DNA from: Methylotenera sp.
GTDB lineage: Bacteria; Pseudomonadota; Gammaproteobacteria; Burkholderiales; Methylophilaceae
Assembly (NCBI GenBank): GCA_031406605.1
Contig: JANOHT010000103.1
Coordinates: forward strand, 1-59,983
Length of the DNA: 59,983 nucleotides
Direction of reading: 5' to 3'
Shown: positions 48,088 to 59,200 of the stretch, piece by piece
Numbering within the stretch: position 1 is the stretch's first letter
Layout: the number at the start of each line of letters is the position of its first letter
Made by a program: the position numbers and the translations under genes
The notes under the pieces: model-generated
Databases searched by the model: none
Seen by the model: only the letters and a program-made list of their open reading frames with translations
Told to the model about the DNA's origin: nothing

Positions 48088-50226
48088 TTATACAACTTCT
48101 GCCATCTGCTTCAATGTCACGTAATCTGTTTTACCTGTGCCTAACAATGGTAGCTCCTCTATTAAAATAATTTTTCGAGCAATCACCAGCTCAGAGCTAC
48201 CAAGTGCTCTAGCGCTGTTGCCCAAATGTTCACGGTTCAGGGTGTTATCAGTTGTATAAAGAATGATATTTTCACCGCGCTGCACATCTAATTGAGTTGT
48301 AGCTGCATGTTGATGCTCTGGCGAAGCATGGTTGGCAACACTTTCTACCGTTTCTAATGACACCATCTCGCCAGCTATTTTAGCGAAACGCTTAACGCGT
48401 CCTTTGATAAACACAAAGCCGTCACTATCAATTTCTACAATATCGCCAGTGTCATACCATTGCTCTTTCGGCGCTTGAATGACACCAGGATTGTCATATA
48501 AATAGTAGCCAAGCATCACGTTTGGGCCACGTACTGACAGTAAACCACCAACTTCTATACCTGGTACGGCTTCTAGTTTAGGTTCTAATCCTGGCATTAA
48601 CGTACCTACGGAGCCATTTTTGTTTGCCATTGGTGTATTGACTGCCAATACTGGGGCGCATTCTGTTGCACCGTAACCTTCCAGAATACGGATGCCGAAT
48701 TTATCCGCCCAAGTTTTGCGTACTTCTTCATTGAGTTTTTCTGCACCGGCGACTACGTAGCGCAATTTATAAAAATCATAAGGGTTAGCGAATTTTGCAT
48801 AATTAGCTAAAAAGGTGCTAGTGCCAAACAATACCGTGCAACCGCGGTCATAAATGACTTCTGGGATGACGCGGTAATGGAGCGGCGATGGATAGACCAA
48901 TAATCGTGTACCTGTCACCAACGGCATAATTGCGCCACAGGTAAAGCCAAACGCATGAAATAGCGGCAGCACCATCATGAATTTGTCTTGCATGGAGAAA
49001 TCAATCACAGATTTAATTTGTGCAATATTCGTTAAAATACTGTTATGCGAATGTACTACACCTTTCGGTTTTCCTTCAGAGCCAGAAGTAAACAACACCA
49101 CTGCTGAGTCAGATGGTAGATTTTTTGCCGCGGCTAATCTAGGTAGCCATAAAGCAAAGCCCATTAGCCAGATTTTATCCAGTACGTTAAACGAAGTACG
49201 TAAATCTTCTAGGTAAACGATTTTTACATTTTTTAGACCATTAACCACTTCTTCAAGTTTTGCTACTTTAATAAACTCACGTGAACTGATGATGGTCTTA
49301 ATTGCAGCCACTGTGCAGGCGTTTTGAATGCCAGCGCTTCCTGCGGTGTAGTTCAACATGGCGGGTATGCGTGCGAACGCACTCATGCCGAAGACCAAAC
49401 ATATGGTATTGGTTACGTTTGGCATCAGTACGCCAACGTTTTCTTTTGGTTGACTCACTTTACCAGCCAGTCTTCCTAGCGCTAGGCTTTTTTTAAGCAA
49501 TTCTCCATAAGTCTCCTCGACTTGCCGCATGTCTTCAATGAGGGGTGTCTTGCGTCCGTAGATTGAGATTGCGTCTAAGAATGCATCAAATAAAGTGTTG
49601 ATGGGTGCCGAACTAAACATCATGTTTTGCATTTCCCGACGCATTGCATCACCTGCTAATTTACGTCTCTCTTTTGCAGTACCTTGTTGTGGCATATCAA
49701 TTTGGCTGGTGGGTAAAATTGAAATAGTAACTTTGGGAAATATTTTTTTAAGCTGGTCGTGTTGCAAGCGGCTAAAGTAAGAGCGTGCGGCGCCATCAAT
49801 ACGCACAGGTAAAATCATCGCGCCTGTTTTGGCGGCAACAAATCCAGGGCCGTCATATACCTTCATCAGTGAGCCTGTGAGCGTGATGCGCCCTTCAGGA
49901 AAAATCACCACTGGCTCGCCGGCTTCAAGTAATTTAATCACTTTTTTCATCGCCAGCGGTGAGCTTGGGTCTACCGCTAAATAGGGCGTAAGGCGCAATA
50001 CTTGCCTGAACATCCAGCTATTCAGTACGCTGGTATGCACGACAAAAGTAGCGCGTATAGGTAAAAATAGTCCAAGTAGTAAGCCATCCAAAAATGACTC
50101 ATGATTGGCAATAATCAGTAGTTTGTAGTGGTCGGTTTCATTATTTTTTTTAGGCAGGTTCTCTAAGCCCGTGATTTGCACACGAAAAATAATCCGGCAA
50201 ACATATTTCAATAACTTGGTAATCAT
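48088..50226 (-). CDS. aas: Bifunctional 2-acyl-GPE acyltransferase / acyl-ACP synthetase Aas
   Basis: NHESFLD and FPEGR (acyltransferase); FTSGSEGKPKGV, EGYGATE and WYDTGD (AMP-binding). Confidence 0.92.
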   Translation of the reverse strand: MITKLLKYVCRIIFRVQITGLENLPKKNNETDHYKLLIIANHESFLDGLLLGLFLPIRATFVVHTSVLNSWMFRQVLRLTPYLAVDPSSPLAMKKVIKLLEAGEPVVIFPEGRITLTGSLMKVYDGPGFVAAKTGAMILPVRIDGAARSYFSRLQHDQLKKIFPKVTISILPTSQIDMPQQGTAKERRKLAGDAMRREMQNMMFSSAPINTLFDAFLDAISIYGRKTPLIEDMRQVEETYGELLKKSLALGRLAGKVSQPKENVGVLMPNVTNTICLVFGMSAFARIPAMLNYTAGSAGIQNACTVAAIKTIISSREFIKVAKLEEVVNGLKNVKIVYLEDLRTSFNVLDKIWLMGFALWLPRLAAAKNLPSDSAVVLFTSGSEGKPKGVVHSHNSILTNIAQIKSVIDFSMQDKFMMVLPLFHAFGFTCGAIMPLVTGTRLLVYPSPLHYRVIPEVIYDRGCTVLFGTSTFLANYAKFANPYDFYKLRYVVAGAEKLNEEVRKTWADKFGIRILEGYGATECAPVLAVNTPMANKNGSVGTLMPGLEPKLEAVPGIEVGGLLSVRGPNVMLGYYLYDNPGVIQAPKEQWYDTGDIVEIDSDGFVFIKGRVKRFAKIAGEMVSLETVESVANHASPEHQHAATTQLDVQRGENIILYTTDNTLNREHLGNSARALGSSELVIARKIILIEELPLLGTGKTDYVTLKQMAEVV

Positions 50227-50270
50227 GACGGTCCTTTTGATGCGCTTGTTTTGGATTTTATTCCGACTTC

Positions 50271-50576
50271 TTAGGTTTCGTTTTTTATGTAATTGAGTAC
50301 GCCTTGTATGGCCTCAATGACTGTCGTGCGATTAATCCAAAAATAGACTTCTTTTCCGATCTTTTTTGAATTAAGTACGCCAGCACCATGTAACACTTTT
50401 AAATGATGGGTGACCGCAGTGCGACTTAGTGTAGTGGTGGAAACGATTTGTAGGATATTTAATTGTTCACCTATTTCAAATGCAAGCAAAATGCGCTGGC
50501 GATGTTCGTCACCTAGTGCAATGAATATAGCCGCAGTATTTTTTAATTCTATAGGAATATGTGTGATTAAGTTCAT
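50271..50576 (-). CDS. ArsR/SmtB-family regulator lacking Cys
   Basis: F.ALGD..RQRIL, SRTAVTHHLKVL..AG, GKEVYF. Confidence 0.88.
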   Translation of the reverse strand: MNLITHIPIELKNTAAIFIALGDEHRQRILLAFEIGEQLNILQIVSTTTLSRTAVTHHLKVLHGAGVLNSKKIGKEVYFWINRTTVIEAIQGVLNYIKNET

Positions 50577-50578
50577 AG

Positions 50579-50611
50579 CTAAATAATTAGTTATTTAGTG
50601 ATGTCTGTCAA
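50579..50611 (-). promoter_or_regulatory. Putative leaderless sigma70 promoter with overlapping operator
   Basis: TTGACA (50611-50606), 17 nt, AATTAT, 6 nt, ATG. Palindrome ctaaataa-N4-ttatttag at 50579-50598. Confidence 0.6.
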
Positions 50612-50644
50612 TATTAATTTTTACATCATATAAATTGTAGGCAA

Positions 50645-50672
50645 CAAAAAGGGCGCTTGCGCGCCCCTTTTG
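50645..50672 (-). terminator. Intrinsic terminator of amtB
   Basis: gggcgc-N4-gcgccc stem followed by a U-tract on the minus strand. Confidence 0.8.
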
Positions 50673-50696
50673 AAACTAATTTAATCTAACTAAAGT

Positions 50697-52235
50697 TTAG
50701 TTATGATAAGCACGTTCACCGTGCTCAGTAGTATCTAAGCCTTCACGCTCAGACTCTTCAGATACACGTAAACCGATCAACACATCTACAATTTTCAGAG
50801 CAACGAATGAAACCACTGCTGAAACTACAATTGCAGTCACTACAGCATAGATTTGTGCAGTCATTTGTGCGGCAAAATTGTATTCACCAACAGCATTTGC
50901 TACATAATCATAAACACCCATACCACCTAGCGCTGGGTTAACAAATACGCCCGTTGCTAGCGCACCAAAGACACCGCCGATTGCATGTACACCAAACACA
51001 TCTAGTGCATCGTCATAACCAAACATGTATTTAACTTTAGCTACGAAGAAGTAACAAAGTGGTGAAACAAGTAAACCGATTGCAATCGCACCCATTGGGC
51101 CTACAAAGCCGCACGCAGGCGTAATTGCAACTAAACCAGCAACAGCACCAGAAGCAGCGCCTAACATAGAAGGTTTGCCTTTAAGTAGCCATTCTGAGAA
51201 TGTCCAAGATAAAGTAGCAGCGCCTGTTGCAATCATTGTGTTTAACAAGGCTAATGCAGCATAACCGTTAGCTTCAAGGTTAGAGCCTGCATTGAAACCA
51301 AACCAACCCACCCACAACATTGCAGCACCAGCCATTGTTAAAGTTAAGCTATGAGGCGTCATTGCTTCTTTACCGTAACCGATACGTTTGCCCAACATGA
51401 ATGCAGCTACAATACCAGCAACACCTGCATTAATATGTACTACAGTACCACCTGCAAAGTCTAATGCGCCTTTAGCCCATAACCAGCCTGCATTCGCTAA
51501 AACAGTTTCCAATGATGCAGCATCTGTAATAGCATCAGGACCGTCCCAATACCAAACCATGTGAGCCATTGGTAAGTATGCAAATGTGAACCACAAGACC
51601 ATGAATGCTAATACTGCTGAGAATTTCATACGCTCAGCAAATGCACCAATAATCAAAGCTGGCGTAATAGCAGCAAAGGTTAACTGGAATGCAACAAACA
51701 CAAGCTCAGGAATATAAACACCTTTGCTGAAAGTCGCACCAATTGAATCAGGCGTAACTCCTGCCAAAAATGCTTTTCCTAGACCACCGAAGAACGGGTT
51801 TCCGCCAGTAAAGGCAACACTGTAGCCATACAGTGCCCAAAGTACACCCATCAATGAGAAAATCATAAAAGTTTGCATGAGGACTGAAAGCATATTTTTT
51901 TGGCGCACTAAGCCTCCATAAAATAAACCCAAGCCCGGAATTGCCATCAGTGTTACTAACACAGTAGCAATTAACATCCATGTAGTGTCGCCTTTGTTTG
52001 GAACTGGTGCTGGCGCAGCCACCTCTTCAACCACAGTGGCCTCAACAGCAACGGGTTCAGCTACAGCCGCTTCAACTGGTGCAACTGCTTCGGCAGGTGC
52101 TGCAACTTCGGGAGCAATTACCGTTGTTGCTGATTCAGCAGCAGGTGCAGCATCTTCAGCGAAGGTATGTCCTGTGAAACCAAAACCTAGCGTTGTGACC
52201 AACGCAAGTATCGAAAGTATTTTTTTCATTATCAT
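50697..52235 (-). CDS. amtB: Ammonium transporter AmtB
   Basis: DFAGGTVVH, WFGFNAGS, DDALDVFGVH, E..GLD..EHGE. Follows glnK. Confidence 0.97.
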   Translation of the reverse strand: MIMKKILSILALVTTLGFGFTGHTFAEDAAPAAESATTVIAPEVAAPAEAVAPVEAAVAEPVAVEATVVEEVAAPAPVPNKGDTTWMLIATVLVTLMAIPGLGLFYGGLVRQKNMLSVLMQTFMIFSLMGVLWALYGYSVAFTGGNPFFGGLGKAFLAGVTPDSIGATFSKGVYIPELVFVAFQLTFAAITPALIIGAFAERMKFSAVLAFMVLWFTFAYLPMAHMVWYWDGPDAITDAASLETVLANAGWLWAKGALDFAGGTVVHINAGVAGIVAAFMLGKRIGYGKEAMTPHSLTLTMAGAAMLWVGWFGFNAGSNLEANGYAALALLNTMIATGAATLSWTFSEWLLKGKPSMLGAASGAVAGLVAITPACGFVGPMGAIAIGLLVSPLCYFFVAKVKYMFGYDDALDVFGVHAIGGVFGALATGVFVNPALGGMGVYDYVANAVGEYNFAAQMTAQIYAVVTAIVVSAVVSFVALKIVDVLIGLRVSEESEREGLDTTEHGERAYHN

Positions 52236-52239
52236 CCCC

Positions 52240-52587
<348 letters not shown>

Positions 52588-52604
52588 CTAAATAATGTAA
52601 TTTT

Positions 52605-52635
52605 GCGGCAGAAACTTACGTCAAGTTCCTACCGC
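52605..52635 (-). other. Intercistronic hairpin between torF and glnK
   Basis: gcggtaggaactt-gacgt-aagtttctgccgc pairs fully on the minus strand using G-U pairs. Confidence 0.5.
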
Positions 52636-52663
52636 ATATTACCAGTAATACCAACTTACGAAA

Positions 52664-53464
52664 TTAGAACGTTTTTTGAACGAATACTGTGAATTGTTCA
52701 TCGGCAATACCGCCGCCTGCATATAGTGCATCGCCGTAGAATGAGTCACGACCATTTGTATCAGTGTAGTAACCACCAACGTTAACGCCATTGCTCCAAG
52801 ATTTAGTCACACCAAGTTTGTAATCTGTGTATGAACCTAAGTCATTTTTAGCACCTTCGGTTTTGCCACTGAAATCTTGACGACCAATGTGCGCGTTAAT
52901 AGTGTAGCCACTTTCACCAATTGGGTAATTAGCATTTAGTTCAGCGTAATATGAACCATCTGCATTTTTTAAACCAAATGCACCATCAGATGCTACAACA
53001 GATAACTTGGCTTGTAACCATTTGTACGATAGTGAACCATATACTTCAGTGGTTTCAGCATTTCTAAAAGCTGGATTAACCATATCACCTGGATAGATGT
53101 ATTGGAGTAAACCAACGTTATAGCCAATGCCTGTTTCGCCGATAGTACTTGCGTAACCACCATAAACATCAAACTCCAAGCTTGAGTTTTGATAAACGCC
53201 GCCATCTTCTAACCAGCTAATATTTGAACCCCAAACACCAGCATATAAGCCGCTGCTATGTGAGTAATCCATACCACCTTGAATAGCAGGACGTTGTGAG
53301 GTTTGTGTTAAACCACGGAAAATATATTGACTATATAAGCCCATGTTGTAAGTAAATGTGTGTGGTGATGCTGGTTCTGCAGCGGGGGCTGCATCTTCTG
53401 CGAACGAAACTGCTGGCATGTAAAGCGCACCTAATACCGCCGTTAGTAATAGTGACTTACGCAT
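52664..53464 (-). CDS. TorF-family (TIGR02001) putative porin
   Basis: Signal peptide, SQYIFRGLTQ, AIQGG.DY, E.D.YGGY, terminal Phe. Confidence 0.88.
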   Translation of the reverse strand: MRKSLLLTAVLGALYMPAVSFAEDAAPAAEPASPHTFTYNMGLYSQYIFRGLTQTSQRPAIQGGMDYSHSSGLYAGVWGSNISWLEDGGVYQNSSLEFDVYGGYASTIGETGIGYNVGLLQYIYPGDMVNPAFRNAETTEVYGSLSYKWLQAKLSVVASDGAFGLKNADGSYYAELNANYPIGESGYTINAHIGRQDFSGKTEGAKNDLGSYTDYKLGVTKSWSNGVNVGGYYTDTNGRDSFYGDALYAGGGIADEQFTVFVQKTF

Positions 53465-53514
53465 ATTGCTTAACTCCTAATGATTATTGAACAAAAAATA
53501 CACTCAAAGGCATA

Positions 53515-53530
53515 AGCAAGGCATGTGCCA
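53515..53530 (-). promoter_or_regulatory. Sigma54 promoter of torF-glnK-amtB
   Basis: Minus strand TGGCACATGCCTTGCT is a near-perfect consensus. IHF-like aatcaatgacata at 53548-53560. Confidence 0.85.
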
Positions 53531-53649
53531 ACTTAAATTATGTTTATAATCAATGACATAATTATGTAACATTCACCCAAACCTTATGTAATTACAACTT
53601 AAAACCTGCTAAACTTAGCTTCAATATTCATTATATGTAAGGAAATTGT

Positions 53650-53886
53650 ATGTTGAGTTCAGATAAGTTAAATGAAATATCTAATAAAATCAGGGGGATA
53701 GTTGATGGCTCACCATTAGCGGATGTTGAAAAGAACATTAATGCACTATTAAAGGGCGCGCTCACCAAAATGGAGCTTGTCACGCGTGAGGAGTTTGATG
53801 TTCAGGCTGAAGTTTTACGCAACACACGTGAAAAACTCACACTACTTGAACAGAAATTAAATGAGCTAGAATCGCAAATTAGGTAA
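53650..53886 (+). CDS. ubiK: UbiK (YqiC) accessory factor
   Basis: KMELVTREEFDVQ.EVL..TR.KL..LE, in the usual position between glnK and comM. Confidence 0.88.
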   Translation: MLSSDKLNEISNKIRGIVDGSPLADVEKNINALLKGALTKMELVTREEFDVQAEVLRNTREKLTLLEQKLNELESQIR

Positions 53887-53940
53887 TAGTCATAATTTTA
53901 AATCTGCTGGTCATATATCAATAATTAAGAAGTAAATAAA

Positions 53941-55506
53941 ATGAGCCTAGCCGTACTTTACAGCCGCGCCTTAAGCGGCATGGATGCACCAGAAGTGGTA
54001 GTTGAAGTGCATCTTGCCAATGGATTACCAAGCTTTACGATTGTTGGTTTGCCCGAGGCAGAAGTAAAAGAGAGTAAAGACCGTGTTCGCGCTGCTTTGC
54101 AAACCGCACAGTTTGAGTTTCCAGCAAGGCGTATTACAGTCAATCTAGCACCAGCAGACTTGCCAAAGGAAAGCGGACGTTACGACCTGCCTATTGCATT
54201 AGGCATATTGGCGGCTTCTGGGCAGATTCCTACGGAGCCCTTGGATCGTTATGAATTTGCCGGTGAACTAGCGCTCACTGGCGAGTTGCGCCCAATACGA
54301 GGTGCATTGGCGATGACCTCTAGCATGATGCGTAATCATAACTGTCCAGCTAAGCCGCATTTAGTAGAAAGTAACGTACTTACTACAGCCGCTAACACTT
54401 CATCGAAAAGAGCGTTTATTTTGCCCCAAACCAGTGCAGCAGAAGCAGCGCTGGTTCGTGAAGCGATTATTTATCCTGCAAAATCGTTACTTGAAGTGTG
54501 TGCGCATTTAAGTGGTCATACTGCGCTAACGCAATTGGAAGCTGTAGATCAAATAACGGAAATTACGTATCCAGATTTTAGCGAGGTAAAAGCGCAAAGC
54601 ATGCCGAAACGTGCGCTAGAAATTGCCGCCGCAGGCGGTCATAGTGTGATTTTAAGTGGTCCACCAGGCACAGGTAAAAGCATGTTAGCGAAGCGTTTTG
54701 TAAGCATATTGCCTACTATGACGGAAGCAGAAGCGCTTGAATCCGCTGCGATACAGTCACTTAATGGTGGTTATAAGCTGGAAAACTGGAAGCGCAGACC
54801 TTACCGAGCACCGCATCACACGGCATCAGGTGTTGCATTGGTTGGTGGTGGCAGTATTCCGCGCCCAGGCGAAATTAGTTTGGCGCATCATGGTGTTTTG
54901 TTTTTGGATGAGTTGCCTGAGTTTGATCGCAAAGTACTAGAAGTGTTACGTGAACCTCTTGAGAGCGGATATATTACTATTTCGCGTGCTGCAAGACAGG
55001 CGGATTTCCCGGCAAGCTTTCAACTGATTGCAGCAATGAACCCATGCCCGTGCGGATATTTAGGGCATCACAATAATAAATGTCGTTGCACGCCTGACCA
55101 AGTATCGCGTTATAAAGCTAAGATTTCTGGGCCGTTATTAGACCGTATCGATTTACATATTGAAGTACCTGCACTTAAAGAAGATGAGTTGATTAAAGCC
55201 AGTGAGAGTGAATCATCACTTTCAATTAAAGCTAGAGTAGAAAAGGCACGTGCAATACAGTTAAGTCGACAAAACAAGCCAAATAATTTGCTTGGAACAA
55301 AAGAAATCGACATGCATTGTATGGCGGATGAAGCTGGTTTGACTTTGCTTAAAACGGCGATTTCCAGATTAAGTTTATCCGCGCGTGCTTATCATCGGAT
55401 TTTAAAAGTGGCTCGGACAATCGCAGACTTAGCAGGTGAAGATGCAATTAAACCTGCGCATATTGCAGAAGCTGTGCAATATCGTCGTTACGATAGAACC
55501 GCTTAG
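53941..55506 (+). CDS. comM: YifB/ComM Mg-chelatase-like AAA+ ATPase
   Basis: VNLAPADLPKE, GPPGTGKS, PHHTAS, PGEISLAHHGVLFLDE, MNPCPCG. Confidence 0.92.
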   Translation: MSLAVLYSRALSGMDAPEVVVEVHLANGLPSFTIVGLPEAEVKESKDRVRAALQTAQFEFPARRITVNLAPADLPKESGRYDLPIALGILAASGQIPTEPLDRYEFAGELALTGELRPIRGALAMTSSMMRNHNCPAKPHLVESNVLTTAANTSSKRAFILPQTSAAEAALVREAIIYPAKSLLEVCAHLSGHTALTQLEAVDQITEITYPDFSEVKAQSMPKRALEIAAAGGHSVILSGPPGTGKSMLAKRFVSILPTMTEAEALESAAIQSLNGGYKLENWKRRPYRAPHHTASGVALVGGGSIPRPGEISLAHHGVLFLDELPEFDRKVLEVLREPLESGYITISRAARQADFPASFQLIAAMNPCPCGYLGHHNNKCRCTPDQVSRYKAKISGPLLDRIDLHIEVPALKEDELIKASESESSLSIKARVEKARAIQLSRQNKPNNLLGTKEIDMHCMADEAGLTLLKTAISRLSLSARAYHRILKVARTIADLAGEDAIKPAHIAEAVQYRRYDRTA

Positions 55507-55517
55507 TCTTAGAAAGT

Positions 55518-56210
55518 ATGCAAATGCCCGTAAGAAAAATATCGCTGAGAGAAATGGCTTTAGAAAAAATCACGGGCTATCCTTCCGCCTGGTTGTTGTT
55601 AGTGCAATTGGTCAGCATTGTCCTGCATCCCGCTTTAGAAACAGCCAAGTTTAACCAAGCAATATTAAGTTGTTTTAATGTAGCGGCACTGGCATTAGCC
55701 GTTTGGGTAGTGAATCGTAGCCCGGCTATTAACTGGGTGGCGTGGGTATTGGCTATTCCAGCCGTGACATTAACAATCATGTACGTAGTGAATGAAAATA
55801 CACAATATTTACTATGGGCGCAAATTCTAGAAAGTATCATGTATCTTTACACCGCCATTGGTTTGGTAATGTACATGTTTAATGACCATATCATCACCCG
55901 CGATGAGCTGTTCGCTGCAGCTACCACTTTTACCGTGTTGGCTTGGGGTTTTGCGCTTGCCTATGCGGTTTGCCAGCAAATTTATCCTGGCAGCATTACC
56001 GGTATTCTTAATCCCGATCAGCCGCGCACTTGGGTGGAGCTGATATTTTTAAGTTTCTCAATACTTTCCAGTACAGGGTATGGTGATGTAATGCTGGTGC
56101 ATCCAATCGCCAAAGTGATTGGAACATTCCAAATGTTTATCGGATTAATGTACATGGCACTTATAGTCTCGCGGCTTGTTACGCTCATGTCGCCAATGCG
56201 TAGGGATTAG
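55518..56210 (+). CDS. Ion channel family protein (Ion_trans_2 pore)
   Basis: Multiple TM segments and a STGYGD selectivity-filter-like motif. Confidence 0.8.
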   Translation: MQMPVRKISLREMALEKITGYPSAWLLLVQLVSIVLHPALETAKFNQAILSCFNVAALALAVWVVNRSPAINWVAWVLAIPAVTLTIMYVVNENTQYLLWAQILESIMYLYTAIGLVMYMFNDHIITRDELFAAATTFTVLAWGFALAYAVCQQIYPGSITGILNPDQPRTWVELIFLSFSILSSTGYGDVMLVHPIAKVIGTFQMFIGLMYMALIVSRLVTLMSPMRRD

Positions 56211-56267
56211 CATGATAAAATGACGCTTATATTTTATGCAGACAGAATAAAACGTCGAAAGAACTAA

Positions 56268-59200
56268 ATGCAAGACTCCCATACCCTCCCCCTAGACATG
56301 TCCTCTACTGAGCAGCAGTTGCGTGCGTTATTAGCACAACGCATCTTAATTCTAGATGGCGCAATGGGAACGATGATTCAGCAATACAAGCTGACAGAGG
56401 CAGATTACCGAGGCACAAGATTCGTTGATTTTGCATCGCCTGCAGGCCAGCGTGAGCTATTCGTCAAAGGCAATAACGAATTACTGACCCTTACACAGCC
56501 GCAAGTCATTTCAGAGATTCATGAAAAGTATCTAGCCGCAGGTGCAGATATTATTGAAACCAATACTTTTGGTGCTACCACCGTTGCGCAAGACGATTAC
56601 CACATGGGGCATTTGGCCTACGAGATGAACGTGGAGGCCGCCAAACTTGCTAAAGCTGCTTGTATTAAATACAGCACGCCGGATAAACCGCGTTTTGTAG
56701 CCGGCGCTTTAGGCCCAACGCCTAAAACCGCCAGTATATCACCCGACGTAAATGACCCAGCCGCGCGTAATGTGAGTTTTGACCAGTTAGTAGGCGCTTA
56801 CTTAGAGCAAACGCGAGGTTTAGTGGATGGCGGTGCTGATATTTTAATGGTGGAAACCATTTTTGATACGCTCAACTGTAAGGCAGCCTTATTCGCGATT
56901 GATACTTACTTCGCCGAAACGCAAACGCGTTTGCCAATCATGTTGTCGGGCACGGTGACGGATGCTTCAGGCCGCATTCTTTCTGGCCAAACGGTGACGG
57001 CATTCTGGAACTCAGTGCGTCATGCTAAACCGTTAACCATCGGGCTAAATTGTGCTCTGGGTGCAACGTTAATGCGTCCATATGTAGATGAGCTTTCAAC
57101 AATCGCTGATACGTTTGTGTGTATTTATCCCAATGCTGGATTGCCCAATCCAATGTCTGACACCGGCTTTGATGAAACGCCAGACGTAACGTCTAGCCTG
57201 CTCAAAGAATTTGCGGAAAGTGGCTTTTTGAATATGGCTGGCGGTTGCTGTGGCACCACGCCAGACCACATTCAGGCGATTTACAATGAAATAAAATACC
57301 TGCCGCCCCGCAGGGTGCCAGAACTACCGCACACAATGAAGCTCGCCGGTTTAGAGCCATTTGTCATTGATGACGAATCGCTCTTTGTCAACGTGGGCGA
57401 ACGCACCAACGTCACGGGTTCAAAAGCCTTTGCACGGCTGATTATTAACGAGCAATACGATGAAGCCTTGACGGTAGCGCGTCAGCAGGTGGAAAACGGC
57501 GCACAAGTGATTGATATCAACATGGATGAAGGCATGCTAGATGCCATCAAAGCCATGACACATTTCCTGAACTTAATCGCTTCTGAGCCTGATATTGCAC
57601 GCGTGCCGATCATGATCGACTCAAGTAAATGGAGCGTTATCGAAGCTGGCTTAAAGTGCGTGCAAGGCAAAGCCATCGTCAATTCAATCTCGATGAAAGA
57701 AGGCGAAGCCGAGTTTATTCGCCAAGCTACGCTATGTAAACGTTACGGTGCTGCAGCCATTGTGATGGCCTTTGATGAAAAAGGTCAGGCTGATACTTTT
57801 GAACGCAAGATTGAAATCTGCAAACGTGCCTATGACTTATTGGTGGAAAAAGTACACTTTGCGCCAGAAGACATTATTTTTGACCCGAATATCTTTGCAA
57901 TCGCCACTGGGATTGAAGAGCACAATAATTACGCGGTTGATTTTATTAACGCCACCCGTTGGATCAAAGAGAATCTACCCTACGCCAAGATTTCAGGTGG
58001 TGTTTCCAATGTGAGTTTCAGTTTCAGGGGTAACGACCCTGCGCGTGAGGCAATTCATACCGTGTTTCTTTACCATGCCATTAAAGCGGGTATGACCATG
58101 GGTATCGTCAATGCTGGCATGATGGGGGTGTACGATGATCTAGCCCCCGAACTAAAAGAACGTGTTGAAGACGTGGTATTAAATCGTGTCGTGGATGAGA
58201 ACAACCCATTAGCCGCCACTGAACGCATGATTGAAATTGCCAGCACATTAGTGGCAGGCGGCAAAAAAGAAGCTGCAACGCTAGAGTGGCGCGGCACGGC
58301 TGAAGCGCCGACGCCTGTGGAAAAACGTTTAAGTCACGCAATGGTGCATGGCATTACAGAGTTTATCGTAGCAGATACCGAAGAAGCCCGCGCGGCAGTT
58401 GAGGCCAAAGGCGGCAGACCGATTCATGTGATTGAAGGCCCACTGATGGACGGCATGAATGTGGTCGGTGACTTATTTGGACAAGGTAAGATGTTTTTGC
58501 CGCAAGTAGTGAAATCCGCCCGCGTAATGAAATCCGCCGTGGCACATTTAATTCCGTTTATTGAAGCTGAAAAAGCTGCCGATGAAGCACGTACAGGTAT
58601 CGTGGCCAAGCCTAAAGGCAAAATGGTGATTGCTACGGTAAAAGGCGATGTGCATGATATCGGCAAAAATATCGTATCGGTCGTGTTGCAATGCAATAAC
58701 TTTGAAGTGGTCAACATGGGCGTGATGGTGCCGGCTTCTGAGATTCTTGCCATGGCAAAAGCGGAAAATGCCGATATTATTGGTTTATCAGGCTTGATTA
58801 CACCGTCGCTCGAAGAGATGGCGCATATTGCAAAAGAAATGCAGCGCGATCCCTATTTCAAAGGCTTAAAAATGCCTTTGTTAATCGGCGGCGCTACTAC
58901 TTCACGCGCGCACACTGCTGTAAAAATTGCCCCGCATTATGATGGGCCGATTATTTACGTGGCAGATGCTTCACGGTCGGTCTCAGTCATGCAATCGCTA
59001 CTCACGTTAGAGACGCGTGATGCTTATATTGCAGAAGTCGCCATTGATTACGAAAAAGCGCGTACGCAACATGCCAATAAAAAAGGTACGCCGATGCTCA
59101 CCATTGCGCAGGCCCGTGCAAATAAAGCAAAACTTTCATTTACCGGTGAAAATACCCCTGTAAAGCCTAAATTCATTGGTCGGCGCGAAATTAAGAATAC

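Noticed and set aside
53560-53640. NtrC boxes upstream of the torF-glnK-amtB promoter
   Set aside because: Expected from biology, but I could not find a convincing TGCAC-N7-GTGCA match.
56211-56267. SAH, SAM or cobalamin riboswitch before metH
   Set aside because: Only 57 nt, AT-rich, no conserved core.
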